Made by a program: the position numbers and the translations under genes
Shown: one piece after another, positions 52,151 to 64,000 of the stretch
Position numbering within the stretch: the first letter of the stretch is position 1
How the letters are laid out: each line of letters begins with the position of its first letter
Assembly (NCBI GenBank): GCA_976226885.1
Contig: OZ320315.1
Location: 59,892,001 to 59,956,000, forward strand
DNA from: Iphione sp. A-MEVVRFRX5
Lineage: Eukaryota
Reading direction: 5' to 3'
DNA length: 64,000 nt
The notes under the pieces: model-generated
Databases searched by the model: none
The model's input: only the letters and a program-made list of their open reading frames with translations
What the model was told of the DNA's origin: nothing

Positions 52151-55100
52151 TGTTAAACACTGTTCGTCCTTTGTTTAAAACCCTCATTGCTCTATCCTAG
52201 TTGTCCATACCACCCATCCGTGGTACGGTGGATATTTCCGGACACATGGAAAGCCAGCCTAATGCACACAGACACCAATACAGGTAGGGAAAACCGGGCG
52301 TAAAACCAGACAGGAAGAGGTGCCATATACTGCCATAAAGCTCCGCAAGATCGAGATAATCGGCAGATCTTAACACTAGACTGACTGGGATGGACATGGC
52401 TACACATTTATTGAAATCTCTTTCTTCGAGTCGCCACCGGTGGTGATGGTTGGGGGGGGGGCTGCGTTACTGTTTAGTTCCCCTGAAGTTGTGTTTGTAA
52501 AGAGGCCGCACTGTATGACTCACGCAGTGATGTCAAACGTTTATATCAATATCAGTGCCCGTCGCCGCCTATTATTTGTACATACGTATTTGTTACTGGA
52601 CCGTGGGCTATATATTTCCACGTGTATTGCAATCGTTTCTTATAGGCATGATACCGCACAGTACATGTAGTCCAACCTGTTGGACTTGACCCACTTAGTG
52701 AATGATGACACCGTGGCGGTCAACAGTGACCTTACTCTAGGGAGTGTTTCACATGAATCTCTCCAGGTGAAATATTCATCCCCTTACCTAGTGCACCTAC
52801 CCATAAAAAAAACTTGTACTATAATGGAGTATGACCCCATCTTATTCCACATGTAAAACGTGCGGTCCCATTATACGCCTATTATATTGTTCATTTGTAA
52901 TAAGGATCTATATTTCACGGTAAAGGCACACGGTGATGGGAAGTTATTTCGTCTCCTTGTAATATTATAAACCCGGCCAAAATAGTAACATTCACATAGT
53001 CTGGGGCTAGTTGCGTTGATCTTTAGGAATAGTTTTCGTTGCTGCCGTTGGCAAACACCATCATGTATATCCCTTTACACTCAGTTTTTAAAATGGTGAC
53101 TTACGTGAATGATCTACACGAAATCAGGAAGGCTCACATGAACAGTTTAAAGCCACTTCACCCCCCCCCCCCAAAAAAAAAAAAACCCTAATGATCTTCT
53201 ACCTGGCCCAATCTAGTTATTTACTCCGCCTGGGTGCTGCTTCGTGGAGAGCGGTATATTAGTAACACACTCCGACCTCCGCTGGCAGACGCCATATTTG
53301 TTTTTTTTTACCCCTCCAGTAAACCATTGAATTAGGTAGATAAATGTATTCTAGCGTGACCAACTTACTTGGTCCGGTAATGGCAAGGTAATAGTACTGA
53401 ATGGACCTGGACGAATTTCTGTACGGATCAGGAAACGGTTCAGGAAACAGTGTGTCATCGGGTCAGAGGCAACTTTCTTTCGCTATGCTTCAGTGGCTTT
53501 TCAAATCCTATTATATTGATCTTGAGATTTTCCTATCGTGGCTACGTTTGTTTTATGACGTGCTGCACTATTTGCCGACCAGCACCAGCAGGTATCATTT
53601 ACCGGGCGGGAATGCTGCTGGTGGTATTTGTACAATACTCGACGCTGGTCGCGCCATAAGTCTGCCTGTCAGACGGCCGCACCTACTCATGGTGTGCATA
53701 ATACGGGGCACACAAGTGGTAAATGGGCTTGTCAAAGCTTGGCTCTCCCCAGCATGACCCGGCGCCACCAGCTACCACCACATCTTTCTCCACTCATAAT
53801 GCGTGGCTCCCTGCAGTAAGCTAGAAATGGAATTGCAGAAGGGGGAGTGACAGATACAGGCGGGTGATTTATAGAGAGTCGCTGTGTCATCACCGACTGC
53901 AGCGAGACTTTCCAGCTTTCGAGCAACTAATGGTCTGTCTCCGGCCTCTCATGGATATTATACACCGTGCCTGTGGGGTACCGACAGAATCCTCGTGATA
54001 TACACCCACCATTACCGTGGGCGATGTCACTTTATACAAATGAGGCCGCGCGCATTTCACAACCAGTCCTGATGAAAGATATCGAAACTTGAAAAAAAAA
54101 AATTCCGAGACGCCAACGGCATACGAAGAGTTATATTCGCTTTGCAGATGACGCTTCGCTAAGGTAATAGGTGCACATGTACATGGTATGAAATGTTAAT
54201 GGAACTTGTGATTGCCCAGTGGGATGGACGACCAGTTGCTTTCAAGTCAAGAGGTAGGGGACGTATCACCTCTCTCCTCATTACCCCTGCCCGCTGCCGT
54301 CCCATCTGGCCAACCCAGTCGTCAATAGCCACCCAGGATGGCTGTCGTCTGAATATTGGCGCCTTTATTCGCCCCAGCTAGTCAGCTGCGGGCGTGTTTT
54401 CCTCCGAGGAAGCTCTCATTACACGCCTGTACCTGAGGAGAGTCACCCTGCGTAGCCAGGCAGACACGACAGTGCTACTGAACGTAGAAAGGTGTTCACC
54501 CCTCTTCGGCATACGGGAGGTGGGGGCGAGGAAGGGGGATCCGAATATAGCAAGAGATGTCGATGAACTTACATCGACCCTTGGAGGGCAATATACGGAC
54601 AACTCGTCACGGCTTATAAAGATGACCCACTATAAAACACGTCATGGTTGGTTTGAATTCAGATACCAGTGGCTTTCTATAGCAGGAGAGTTTCCACTTA
54701 GGTCGAATGTAGTGCTATTTAAAGAGTGACTGGTGTACATGTATACATCGTGATTGTAGGTATTAAGCCTATTTAATCATGTTGATCAAATTATTTCTGA
54801 CACTGTGGAATTTCTAATGCAGACCCTCTGTCAGACCTATAAGTAAGCACTGTGTGAAAGGCATATATTATGATTGTGTTTTTTTGTATACCTGTAGTCA
54901 CATCCGAACTTGACTCATTCATTTAATCCATTTTCTATCATAAATGTATATATACATACATATATATATATATCACATTACAGGACACGAGGAGGTCATG
55001 TTCAAACATGACTAAAACACTATGGTCATGTGCAGAGATAGGTCATTCATAGGAGTCATAGGAATAAGATATCCAGGTGAAAATTTATCTTTATGAAAAT

Positions 55101-57214
55101 ACTACTTTTGTGGCATTTAGTATGTAAATTTAGTCCTGTACCAAGGCCTATGTCAACACAGATGCATGTGTCACCAGAAAACATCTAGGATAAATATGAT
55201 TTTGGAATTAGATAAGTAGCTACTCCTTGATAGCGATAACCTTTCCAAGAAAACAGCCTGTTATTGTAGTCGAGATTATGTTTCAAAAGTGTCTATTTGT
55301 ATAGTAGACACTGAAACACATTCTACACGATTCTCTAGAATAGTTAAATCATTAAAGCATATCCGGATACACGTCAATGGAATAGTAGACCTGTCACGAA
55401 CTGTCGCACCTTTCATACTATCACGGTTGAAATTTGAACTTTGACCTTTGACCTTTGTATAAAACTTAAAGTACTTGTCTCTTGCTCCAGGCCCTTTTTG
55501 CGCTGAATGTAGCTCTCTCTCCCCGGAGGGTAATAGCGTGGCCGAAAGAGTCACTTCGTTCTGCCTTTGGCCTAGTGACGTGGTCTTTGACGTCTACGGA
55601 TGAAAAGTACCTCTGAAGTATGCCGCCGCTCAGGTATTTGTAGTTGTGAGTGGTAGATATCTGGGTCGTTGTTTCAGGGCAAGGCCTTTGTGAGAAAGGT
55701 CAGTTGGCAGTTCGAGACGTATAGGTAGTTTGGTACCGCTAGGTCCTTAGTTTTCCTGAAGGGCTGTGTATTAAAGGTGATGTGCTCCGAGGTGGGTGGG
55801 GGGGAGGGGCTGGCGGTTTTTGCACACACAGTTTCGTTTGTGTCTCCGTGTTTATACGTGCGTGCAAAGGCGATGTCCTCGGCCCCTCCATTATCTGTAG
55901 AGTTTCATCATCGAATCTCTTTTTGCTGGGTACTGCAAAGGCATTGAACTCCAAATGCATCCCCTGTCGGCGCGGCGGGCAGGCTGCTGCACGCTATCCC
56001 TGACACAGGGCCTGGCATTGTAGATCAGGAGACGCAGAGGCATGCCAAGACAAAACCCATCACAGGAGGCCAAGTTTATACAGGGACTACCAGCTCGTGA
56101 TGACATGGGCGGGATTTAGCAGTACACTGTTCTATGTTGAACTGACAATGTTGTCTTTAGCAAACAAAAAAAAGTAGATAATACAGACAGTGGTAGACGA
56201 TGTCTTGAGCCTCTCCTTATCATAAACCTTTGCGAAGAATCCTGCAGTCCCCTTTGAGTTCGCTGAACACGAAAGGAACCACCGCTGTAATATCTTTTCA
56301 TCTAGGGAAATTATATTATTGACGAGTACAAAAAAAAACATTTATTCATTGCATGAACAGGCTCTCTGACACGCCTCATGGATAAAGAGGCAACGAAGCG
56401 TAACGATAACCAGTACAGCATGGAATGTACCGAGGGTTGACCCAGCAGTGGTGAGAGCAGGTAGTGAGCAAGCCCTTCCCTTTGTGTGAGCCTTTCTGAG
56501 TTGCTCATGGTCTGTTGGTCTCCTTGTATACAGCAACTCAGCTGCCCGCTGACAGAGGCTATGCTTGTGACCGAATGATATGAAATGAACGAATGAGATA
56601 TTCAATGAAAGTCTGTTGGGTGGTCAGGTTGATGAATGGCATGTGTGTGTTCATGGGTGTGTATGAGGGCAGCTGTTGGGTGAACGTGGAGCAGGTATAT
56701 TGCTCCCGCTAATGGTGCGTAGATACATTTATGTATGTGACCATGGCATGTGTGATACGCACGAGGGGGGGGGGCGGGTTAGGGAGGATGGTGGGGGTTT
56801 GGTGGTGGTGGAGGTTAGTGGGTCTGCTATAGTGTTCTGCGTGCTGTACCGACCCGCGGGCGGCTTGCCATCAATCACAGTAAATGCATTAGGAAGGATA
56901 AACCAGCGGCCGTGATTACGTCCTGCGTGGCCCGCCTGGGATTCTACTACCTTTGCTGGTGCGACCCGCCACCCCCCCACCCCCGAGCAACCTTGCTATC
57001 GGACCAGCATGTGTTGTCTTGCTGTCTACAAGGCTGGGGCAGCCCGCATCCCTCCATTCACAACGTCCACTGTGCCTAATTTATCTTTCAGCTCAGTGGA
57101 GCCGAAAGTATTTTCAGTTTGCTGCCTTCTGTTTCCTGGCGGGAACTGATCTTCTTACGAGCTCACCAGCCGCCACAACCCGAGTCCCCGTAACTAAGGG
57201 ACGGCGGAGACACA

Positions 57215-57263
57215 TGGTGGTAGTGGCGATGGTGGTGGTGGTGGTGGTGGTAGTGGTGGTGGT
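57215..57263. repeat. Imperfect (GGT)n repeat
   Basis: Direct reading. Confidence 0.9.
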
Positions 57264-57796
57264 TGAGGGACGATGGCGTTGCAGGGGGTTGTGGGGATTT
57301 ATGACCAGGTCCCAGAAAGGTAGGACTATTGAGTACGCCTCAGCAAACGCCGACTTGCAGCAGGCCATTGCAAGCCGCCTGGCCGGTTCATTGAGTGCAA
57401 GCGGCCGCTTGAGACACGGGTGTCTACAGCAAATGGAGTGTCATTCCAGCTTGGTACAACCCATCACTTTACTGCTCGTTGAGCAGTAGAAGACCTTGAG
57501 CTTTTCCTCTGCTTTTTTCACACACTACTTTGAGCTACAACCGGGAATCGCTTTGGCATGCGTGATGAGATTAGATCAATGAGGGCTGGGGGAGACGGAT
57601 AGGAAGGAAGAAGCGCAGGCTAGAGAGCAGACAAACGTACTGAGTGGGACATCAATCGATGGGTTCGGCTGGGCAAGTTGTCGACAACAGAGAGTTTCAT
57701 AAGAAAAAAGATCAATTTCGATGCACACAATTTAGGGCCGTACAAGAAGTATATCTATTGCGGTAAATAGTCCTCCCCCTTCCCCGAATTTTTTTT

Positions 57797-58894
57797 CTAG
57801 GAACAAACGCTGAGCTCGGGGTCGTATGCGGGGTAGGGCACAGTGCACGCCTCCGGCCACGGGCTGGTAGCAAGCGTCGCCACGGTCCAGTTTACGCGGC
57901 CTTGCAATTTGACGGTGAAGTAGAAGAGACGCCAGTCGCCTGACAGCGTCCGATTGGACGGCAGGCACAAGTCTGCAGTCACATCTATCTGCGCATAGTT
58001 GTAACTGATGGCGCCCAGCGGCTGACTCGGCGTCGGCTCCCACTTGTGGTTGTACCGGAACCGGAAGCGTAGTTCGTCGAAGCCGTCGCACTCCGCTGGC
58101 CTGACGGTGGGGTGCTGCAGCGAGTCCCCTTTGGTATGGCAGCGGTAGTTGGCATTAAAGAGTGGTTCTTGCTTACGGATATCCCACAGATCCTTCACTA
58201 GCCAGGGCATGTTGATCTGCGCTGCCTGCTGCCGCACAAGCGCCGAAATGTCTTGGTCTTGCAGCCGCTGTCGCTCAAGGTGTGGGGCCTTCAGCAGCAT
58301 GATGGACACGCCTCTTAACCACGTGGCGCTCGGCTCAGGCAGCGGCTTGAAGCTGGCATTGACGCGGCCCCAGACTAGACCGGCCAGGATGAGCAATAGG
58401 ACGAAGAGGAGCCCGACCAGTATTTTGACGGACATCATGAAAGCGCGGCTACATGCCTTGTACTCCTCATGGAAGGTGCCGGCGTAGATGAGTCTGACGA
58501 GGGTGTCCAGCACCAAGAAGACGCAGCAGGCCACTTGTAATGGGGTGTGGTGCCGCATCCTGCACACGACGATGCTGAGGTTGACGGCCGCCACAGGGAT
58601 GTTTTGTACGGCCAGCACCAGGCACTGCTCAAGTTCCAGTGGAAGTCGCGGTATCCCACCCTTACCCCCAAGGGGGACGCTCAGGGCGTTGATGACTTCG
58701 ATGGCGCAGCAGACCGAACCGATAATGTTGAGCACGAAGAGCGCCAACAGTGTAGTGTCGGTGGGCGGACCGACCACCAGGCCGCTGCGGTAGGCGGGCG
58801 ATCTCAGGTCGAGGTAGTTGACCCAGCATAGCACCAAGTTCACACAAGAGAAGATGATCATCACCAAGGCACGGCCTAGGTCCACGCCGTCCAT
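57797..58894 (-). CDS. Single-exon gene, uncharacterised 365-aa membrane protein: five hydrophobic helices and a Cys-containing C-terminal domain
   Basis: Longest non-transposon ORF; ATG at 58894 in strong context (acaATGG), whereas the track start is GTG; GC-rich third positions; five ~20-aa hydrophobic segments; NAS, NRT and NWT sequons all after the last helix. Confidence 0.82.
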   Translation of the reverse strand: MDGVDLGRALVMIIFSCVNLVLCWVNYLDLRSPAYRSGLVVGPPTDTTLLALFVLNIIGSVCCAIEVINALSVPLGGKGGIPRLPLELEQCLVLAVQNIPVAAVNLSIVVCRMRHHTPLQVACCVFLVLDTLVRLIYAGTFHEEYKACSRAFMMSVKILVGLLFVLLLILAGLVWGRVNASFKPLPEPSATWLRGVSIMLLKAPHLERQRLQDQDISALVRQQAAQINMPWLVKDLWDIRKQEPLFNANYRCHTKGDSLQHPTVRPAECDGFDELRFRFRYNHKWEPTPSQPLGAISYNYAQIDVTADLCLPSNRTLSGDWRLFYFTVKLQGRVNWTVATLATSPWPEACTVPYPAYDPELSVCS

Positions 58895-58928
58895 TGTAGA
58901 CACTTTACAACAGTTCAACACTAAACTT

Positions 58929-58930
<2 letters not shown>

Positions 58931-59009
<79 letters not shown>

Positions 59010-59016
59010 CTCTCTC
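58931..59016. repeat. (TC)n microsatellite, ~38 perfect units, 36 bp upstream of the membrane-protein ATG
   Basis: Direct reading. Confidence 0.97.
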
Positions 59017-62000
59017 AGGCTTTTATGCCCTATCTAGCTTTAATCAGTTTCCGTCACTCTCCCTCACTTTTACCCACTTTCCCTCCTACTCTGCAAGTCT
59101 TTCTGTCTGCAATCGCCGCGCCTTGTCTAAGTCACCTGATGCTCCGCCAAGAACAGACGACAATTGTGGTGGCGGCGGCGGTGGCAGTACCGGCACAGAT
59201 AGCTGTTCGAGATTAAGCTCATTGAAACCGTGCCGTCGGGCCAATCGGGGGGCGTAAGATGCTGTCTAGTGGCGCACCTCATTGGGCCCCGCCGCTGAAA
59301 AGCATATCGTCCTGTCCGCTTGACTGAGTTCTTCCAGCCTGAGCGGTTCGTACCTCGCCTGGGGAAAGTCTTTCAACTTCGGCAAAAAAGTAGGACCATT
59401 TGGTCCATTACTGGTGTAAGCATGGCAGTAATGATGATCTATTCATCCATTGCCGCCGGCGTACGACTCGTTATTTTGCTGTCCACTCGGGGCGCAAACG
59501 ATCGTCATATACATGATTGGTGCGCCCGCCAGATAAGCACGGCGCGCTCTATTGCATTAGTTGGAGATGAAAAGCCCGCTCGGCTCTGCTCCTGGCCGGC
59601 GGCGGCGGCGGCGGTGCTGGCCGCATCTTCGCTGCTACAATGGAACCCTCTGTAGGGAGCACCCACACGCCTGCTCTCTGACGATAATCCATCACAAACG
59701 TATGCACCATTTGCTCCTTTGTCCGTACATGCGCGCGCCTCCTTCCTGCAGTCGCTGCTGCCAGTATTGCTCCGGCTGCTAGTACTGCTGCGGCTGCTGC
59801 AAACCTCCCAACCGCCCGTCTTCCACCTTACCGCCCACCCGCCTGAGCAACCACGTGCCGCTGGAATAAACTGACGCAGAGATCCTCGGCTGAGGACTCC
59901 GGCACGAGCGTAGCACTTCAAAGGATGCGCCTGGTCGTGGGCGCCCAGCGCCTGTTTGTGCGTGCGTAGGAGGCCATGTAACTGAGAAGTGACCGAGCAC
60001 AGCTTCCTCGCCACTTCTATTCCTAGCGGGCGTCCGCTAGTACCGCACCACCTTTTTTTAAATAGGAAGCACGCGTCCGCATGCACGCCGCAACTCACCT
60101 CCTCATGCCACACCGGACTGTCTCGGGTCCAACTGCCGCACCTCGTCAACTGCCCGAACCTCCGGGCTGTTCTTTCCTCCGTGACGGTATGACGTCAGCG
60201 CGTCCTGTGACGTTGTGAGACCACCAATCGGTAGTCCCGAAGTCACCTGGGTCGGAGCGGGGAAAGCAGTGTGTCCCCAATAGCGGTAGCTCTGCCAACG
60301 GTGACAGGCGTCCTACTGTTTGTGTTGGTGACGCCAGGCTGGTACAAGTATCGGTGGTGCTGGTGGTGCTTGCTGATGGCGTGAGTAGTGGCGTCGGTGG
60401 TAGTCCGCCTACCTGTTGACTGTACAGACCACCTGGCTGCTATCTTTCGTGTGCGTAGCTGTACACTACCTGTAGTGGAAGTGGGTGATGATGGTGCTGG
60501 CAGCGTGCCCGCTCCTCCTTTCTGTCTCCTACGCGGCAGTCCCGTTGGAGGTTTGTCTGAGTCTTTAAAGGTCCCCGGTGTTCACGCCTACCGGCACCAC
60601 GTCAAGCATACACCGCGCGCCTCCTATCGGCCACAACCTCTCCCCCACAGCCCCTGGCGGTCGGGCGTCACCGTCGCTACCACTGCCGCTCTGGTGCCCT
60701 CCCTACCTGTCTCACCCTCTCACCTCTACCAACGATCGCTCCTCCTCCCCGCGCAATCCCCACGGGAGTACGCTCTGGGAGGAGGACGAGGAGGAGGAGG
60801 AGGAGCAGTAGGACACCCTGCCTCCAGTGAGGAGTTGGCTTGGGGAGGAGGTGTCAGTGACGCCATGCATAATGCATGCTGGCGGCTGGTCAGGCTAGCA
60901 CAACCGATGACAACGACGACTCCGGCGACCGCCAGGTTGTCGGCAGCACAGACGGCAGCGCGGGGACGGGTTGTTGATGCTTGACTGCAGGCTCGCCACC
61001 AAACCCAACAGCCTCCATTCTAGGTCACAAATAGCAGGTTCTACCTGCCACCTGTCCACTGCTCTGATGGTTCACCATCGCCACCGCTACCACTAGTACC
61101 ACCTCTGCCGCTGCCACAATCGCCGCCGCTACCACCACACACACCAGCACCACTACTGCCTTTCTTAACTGGTGGCGAGCACGGGGCAGCTTCACCTCCC
61201 CCGACGCCTAGCCCGTACCTTCAGCCGACCCATTCCTTCGGCTGTGATAGCTGCCTTGGATGGGAGGGAGAGGGGCGAGGAGTGAGACGGCCGGGGGCCG
61301 AATAGCGAGGAGGTGCCATTGATCTAACCCTGGAGGATCTAAGAGACGCAGTGAAGGCATGACCCGGGATGGCGGCTTGGAGACAGGCGCCAGAACCGTG
61401 TAAACACGCGTCCGATCGCTGTAGCGGACGTTGCATACCCAGGAGATTGAGGTGGGGGAGCTTGGGTTTGGGGGAAGGAAAAGGAAGAGGCTGAAGAGAT
61501 TGAGGGGGAGGCAAGAAAAGAAGGAGCCAAACCATCACCGTTTTCTAATCCTCTTATCACATACTTGAACAAGTAATGGAACACTTTCAGCGCATGTCCT
61601 GTCATGTACCCGAATCCCCCCATACAATACCATACAGAAGAAAACCATACAACCGCAAGCAATTGCGATGAAAAAAAGGATGGCAGCATATTGACTTAAA
61701 AGCTTTAACCAGGTCAACCCTTAAGGCGACTGTTTTCTATAGATAGGGGAGTGCTCAAATGAGGGATTTGATACGCCTTTAAAGGAATTCTCCTCTGGTA
61801 GGCCCTTTAAGGATACGTTCACGATATAGGTGGGGTCCTTTTGCAATACTCCCCCCACCCACCTAACCACGCACCCAGCCACCCCCCCCCCACACACACA
61901 CACAACCTCTCTGTAACACGAACTTGATAGCAGCCTGTGTGAGGAGTAGTTGCTTCGTCAGGTACGCCTCACAATGAGATGGGTGCAGTGGTGGGCCTTG

Positions 62001-62759
62001 CTCATTACCTGACCACCGCACCTGCCTGGCCGGTGATCTGCCTGCGGATAACGCCGCAGGGGCAGGTGGTAGGTGGGCAGACGGGAGCTAATGAAGCCAG
62101 GACGATTGGTGGCGGAGGAAGCGATAGGGCAGGTCTGGTGAGATGGAATGCTGGACAAGGATACAAATTAGGCAAGGAATATTAAATTGGAGAAGAAATG
62201 ATAAGGAGGGGGCAGGAGGAGGTTTTGAAGAGTAGTATTAGAATGGATTACAGGTGGCACTAAAAGTTGCAATTGGCCGATCGCTGGCTTATATCGTAAC
62301 ACACCGCGGCAGGACAGTCTAGCGCATTTGTAGGGGGGGGGTATATTCCATTGTTTATATTCTTTGTACTTTCCTTGCTTTGCTGTCTGTTCGCACATGT
62401 GGACATGGTATGTCATGGTTGGCCGCATGAGTTATCCTCACTCTTCATGGCCTATATGCTCTCTATGCACCTACAAGAGGAGCCTAGTCTTAGGTGAATA
62501 GTTGTATAAGAGGAAAATTGTTCAATTGAAATGTGTAGTAGTTATTTTTAGGTAAGGAAAAGTAAATGACCAAATACCTGCTGCAATGTGATGCCTGTGA
62601 GGACCCTCCCCCACAACTTAGCTTAATATCTCCATAGTCATTGACCATCATAGCTGTAAAATTCATGGGTTTCTAGATTATAATAACTCTCTGCATTTAA
62701 AGATTCTTCTTGCTGATGGTCTCCTAGGAGATATCCACAATAATAAATTATATGACAGT

Positions 62760-63560
62760 AGTTCAACTGACTACCCTTAGCAACAGCAGTTATAATTGAA
62801 GCATTTTAACTTCACGCAAAAGTAGAGAGTCAGCAGAATCAGTAGACCAACTTGCCATGTCTCATTTAATGAGTGTCAGATTCTGTAAGAGGCAGTTAAC
62901 AGTACCCTCGCTGAAGGTTGAGACTGATGGTTAAGATTGCCAACAAGGATGCTTACTGATAGAGGGGGAGAGTGTGAGGGACAAGAGACAGACTGAGTGG
63001 TTGGGTGTGAGACGCCTCAATGATGTGGGGTCATGGCAGACAGGGGGGGCTCAATAAGATGGACATGTCGTAGAAGTCAAGATGAAGTTGTGCACATGAC
63101 CTTATTAGATTGGTTGTAAGGACGTGAAGTGAGTGGGTATGGAGCCGTCCAGTCCATGCTGCAGCAGTCCAAGCTCATGTTGTTGTTCAACGTGGTCAGT
63201 TGAGATGGGAGGATACGCAGTGTGGAAAGGAAAAGGCGACTCCGTGACGAGGGCTAGGGAGCGTGACATTTAAATGTATTTAATTTCGAAGAAATAAGTA
63301 GATGTAGGTACACCCTAGGAAGCGTAGGAATAGGAAGGCAAATAGAGTCAAGGTCTTGTGAATGCATGTGTGTACGTGAGTGCGTGCGTGAGTGTGTGCG
63401 CGGGGCGCGGGGCCAGATGGCTGTGCGTTTTAGGAGAAACTGATGTAGGTCAAGCCATGCTGAGAGATTCAAGGAGCTGCCTGAAAGGGGCGTCAGTGGC
63501 TTCACACCATGCCAGAGTCTTGCCCGAGCGGTATATGATCCTTGGGGCATACTTCAAGCT
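62760..63560 (-). pseudogene. Possible heavily decayed leucine-rich-repeat gene fragment
   Basis: Across frames: AF/LSTLRIL, LTTLNNNMSLDCCSMDW..KVMCTTSS*LL resembling an LRR C-terminal cap, then a Ser/Pro/Thr stretch and a hydrophobic segment; many stops. Confidence 0.25.
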
Positions 63561-64000
63561 GAACGATCGTTCAGATGAATCGTCAACGTCCAAGGAGGCT
63601 TAAGATGCTCCACTATATTAATGATCAGTAAATTGATTACTAGCATTCCTAAATTAAAGATTTATAGTAGCGTATACAAAATACCCTTATTCCGTGAAAT
63701 AGATAAATCTCACCCTTCACTGAAAGATGCTTAATCAGCCAGAATTGTTATCAGTCTTACTTCCCTAAAGATCAACTATACAGAGTGTAATGAATTTACT
63801 ACTTGTATAAAAGAAATCCAACATTTCAAATGAAGGACATTTGGGGGGTGGGTTGCTGAAGAATATTAATTTCATGAACTGTCATGAATCATCGAATCAG
63901 ATGATAATTGACATCATCGAGGGACATGGGCAACCGCGACTTCTGCATTCATCCTATCTGCCAGTGATGACACTTACTCGACGGATTACTCCCTTCATCC

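Noticed and set aside
54068-54092. CTGATGA..GAAAC hammerhead-like motif
   Set aside because: No workable stem II loop, stem I or cleavage site
55130-55190. PVPR..SPE, similar to the next MBIP exon
   Set aside because: Wrong splice phase, wrong spacing and an immediate stop
59050-61050. Protein-like minus-strand frame with Gln-, Ser-, Arg- and Pro-rich runs; considered as a long pseudogene
   Set aside because: About 19 stops in ~670 codons by my count, close to random expectation at this GC content; triplet repeats explain the appearance; no recognisable domain
1-64000. Alternative genetic code (TAA/TAG = Gln), suggested by many TAG-interrupted frames
   Set aside because: The 365-aa gene, the MBIP exon and the element ORFs are open under the standard code and use only CAA/CAG for Gln

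Overview
Animal (probably invertebrate) nuclear DNA, repeat-rich, with three N gaps and alternating GC/CpG-rich and AT-rich blocks. Main feature: a nearly intact, young tyrosine-recombinase retrotransposon of the Ngaro type (DIRS order) at 32054-36862 (+). It has gag, RT/RNase H (one frameshift) and YR ORFs, and split direct repeats arranged A1-ORFs-B1-A2-spacer-B'(partial)-B2. One phase-1 splice donor in gag and two phase-matched acceptors, each just after the last upstream in-frame stop of the Pol and YR frames, suggest all three proteins share one N-terminal leader through alternative splicing. Host genes: an isolated MBIP-like exon (43198-43356, +), a possible preceding exon, and a single-exon gene for an uncharacterised five-TM protein (57797-58894, -). 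Also present: two Penelope-like GIY-YIG remnants, three hammerhead-ribozyme remnants, a 5'-truncated CR1/L2-type LINE, mini- and microsatellites, a local tandem duplication and a possible decayed LRR gene. All homology calls are motif recognition by eye; no searches were run. Most short ORFs in the supplied track look like noise.
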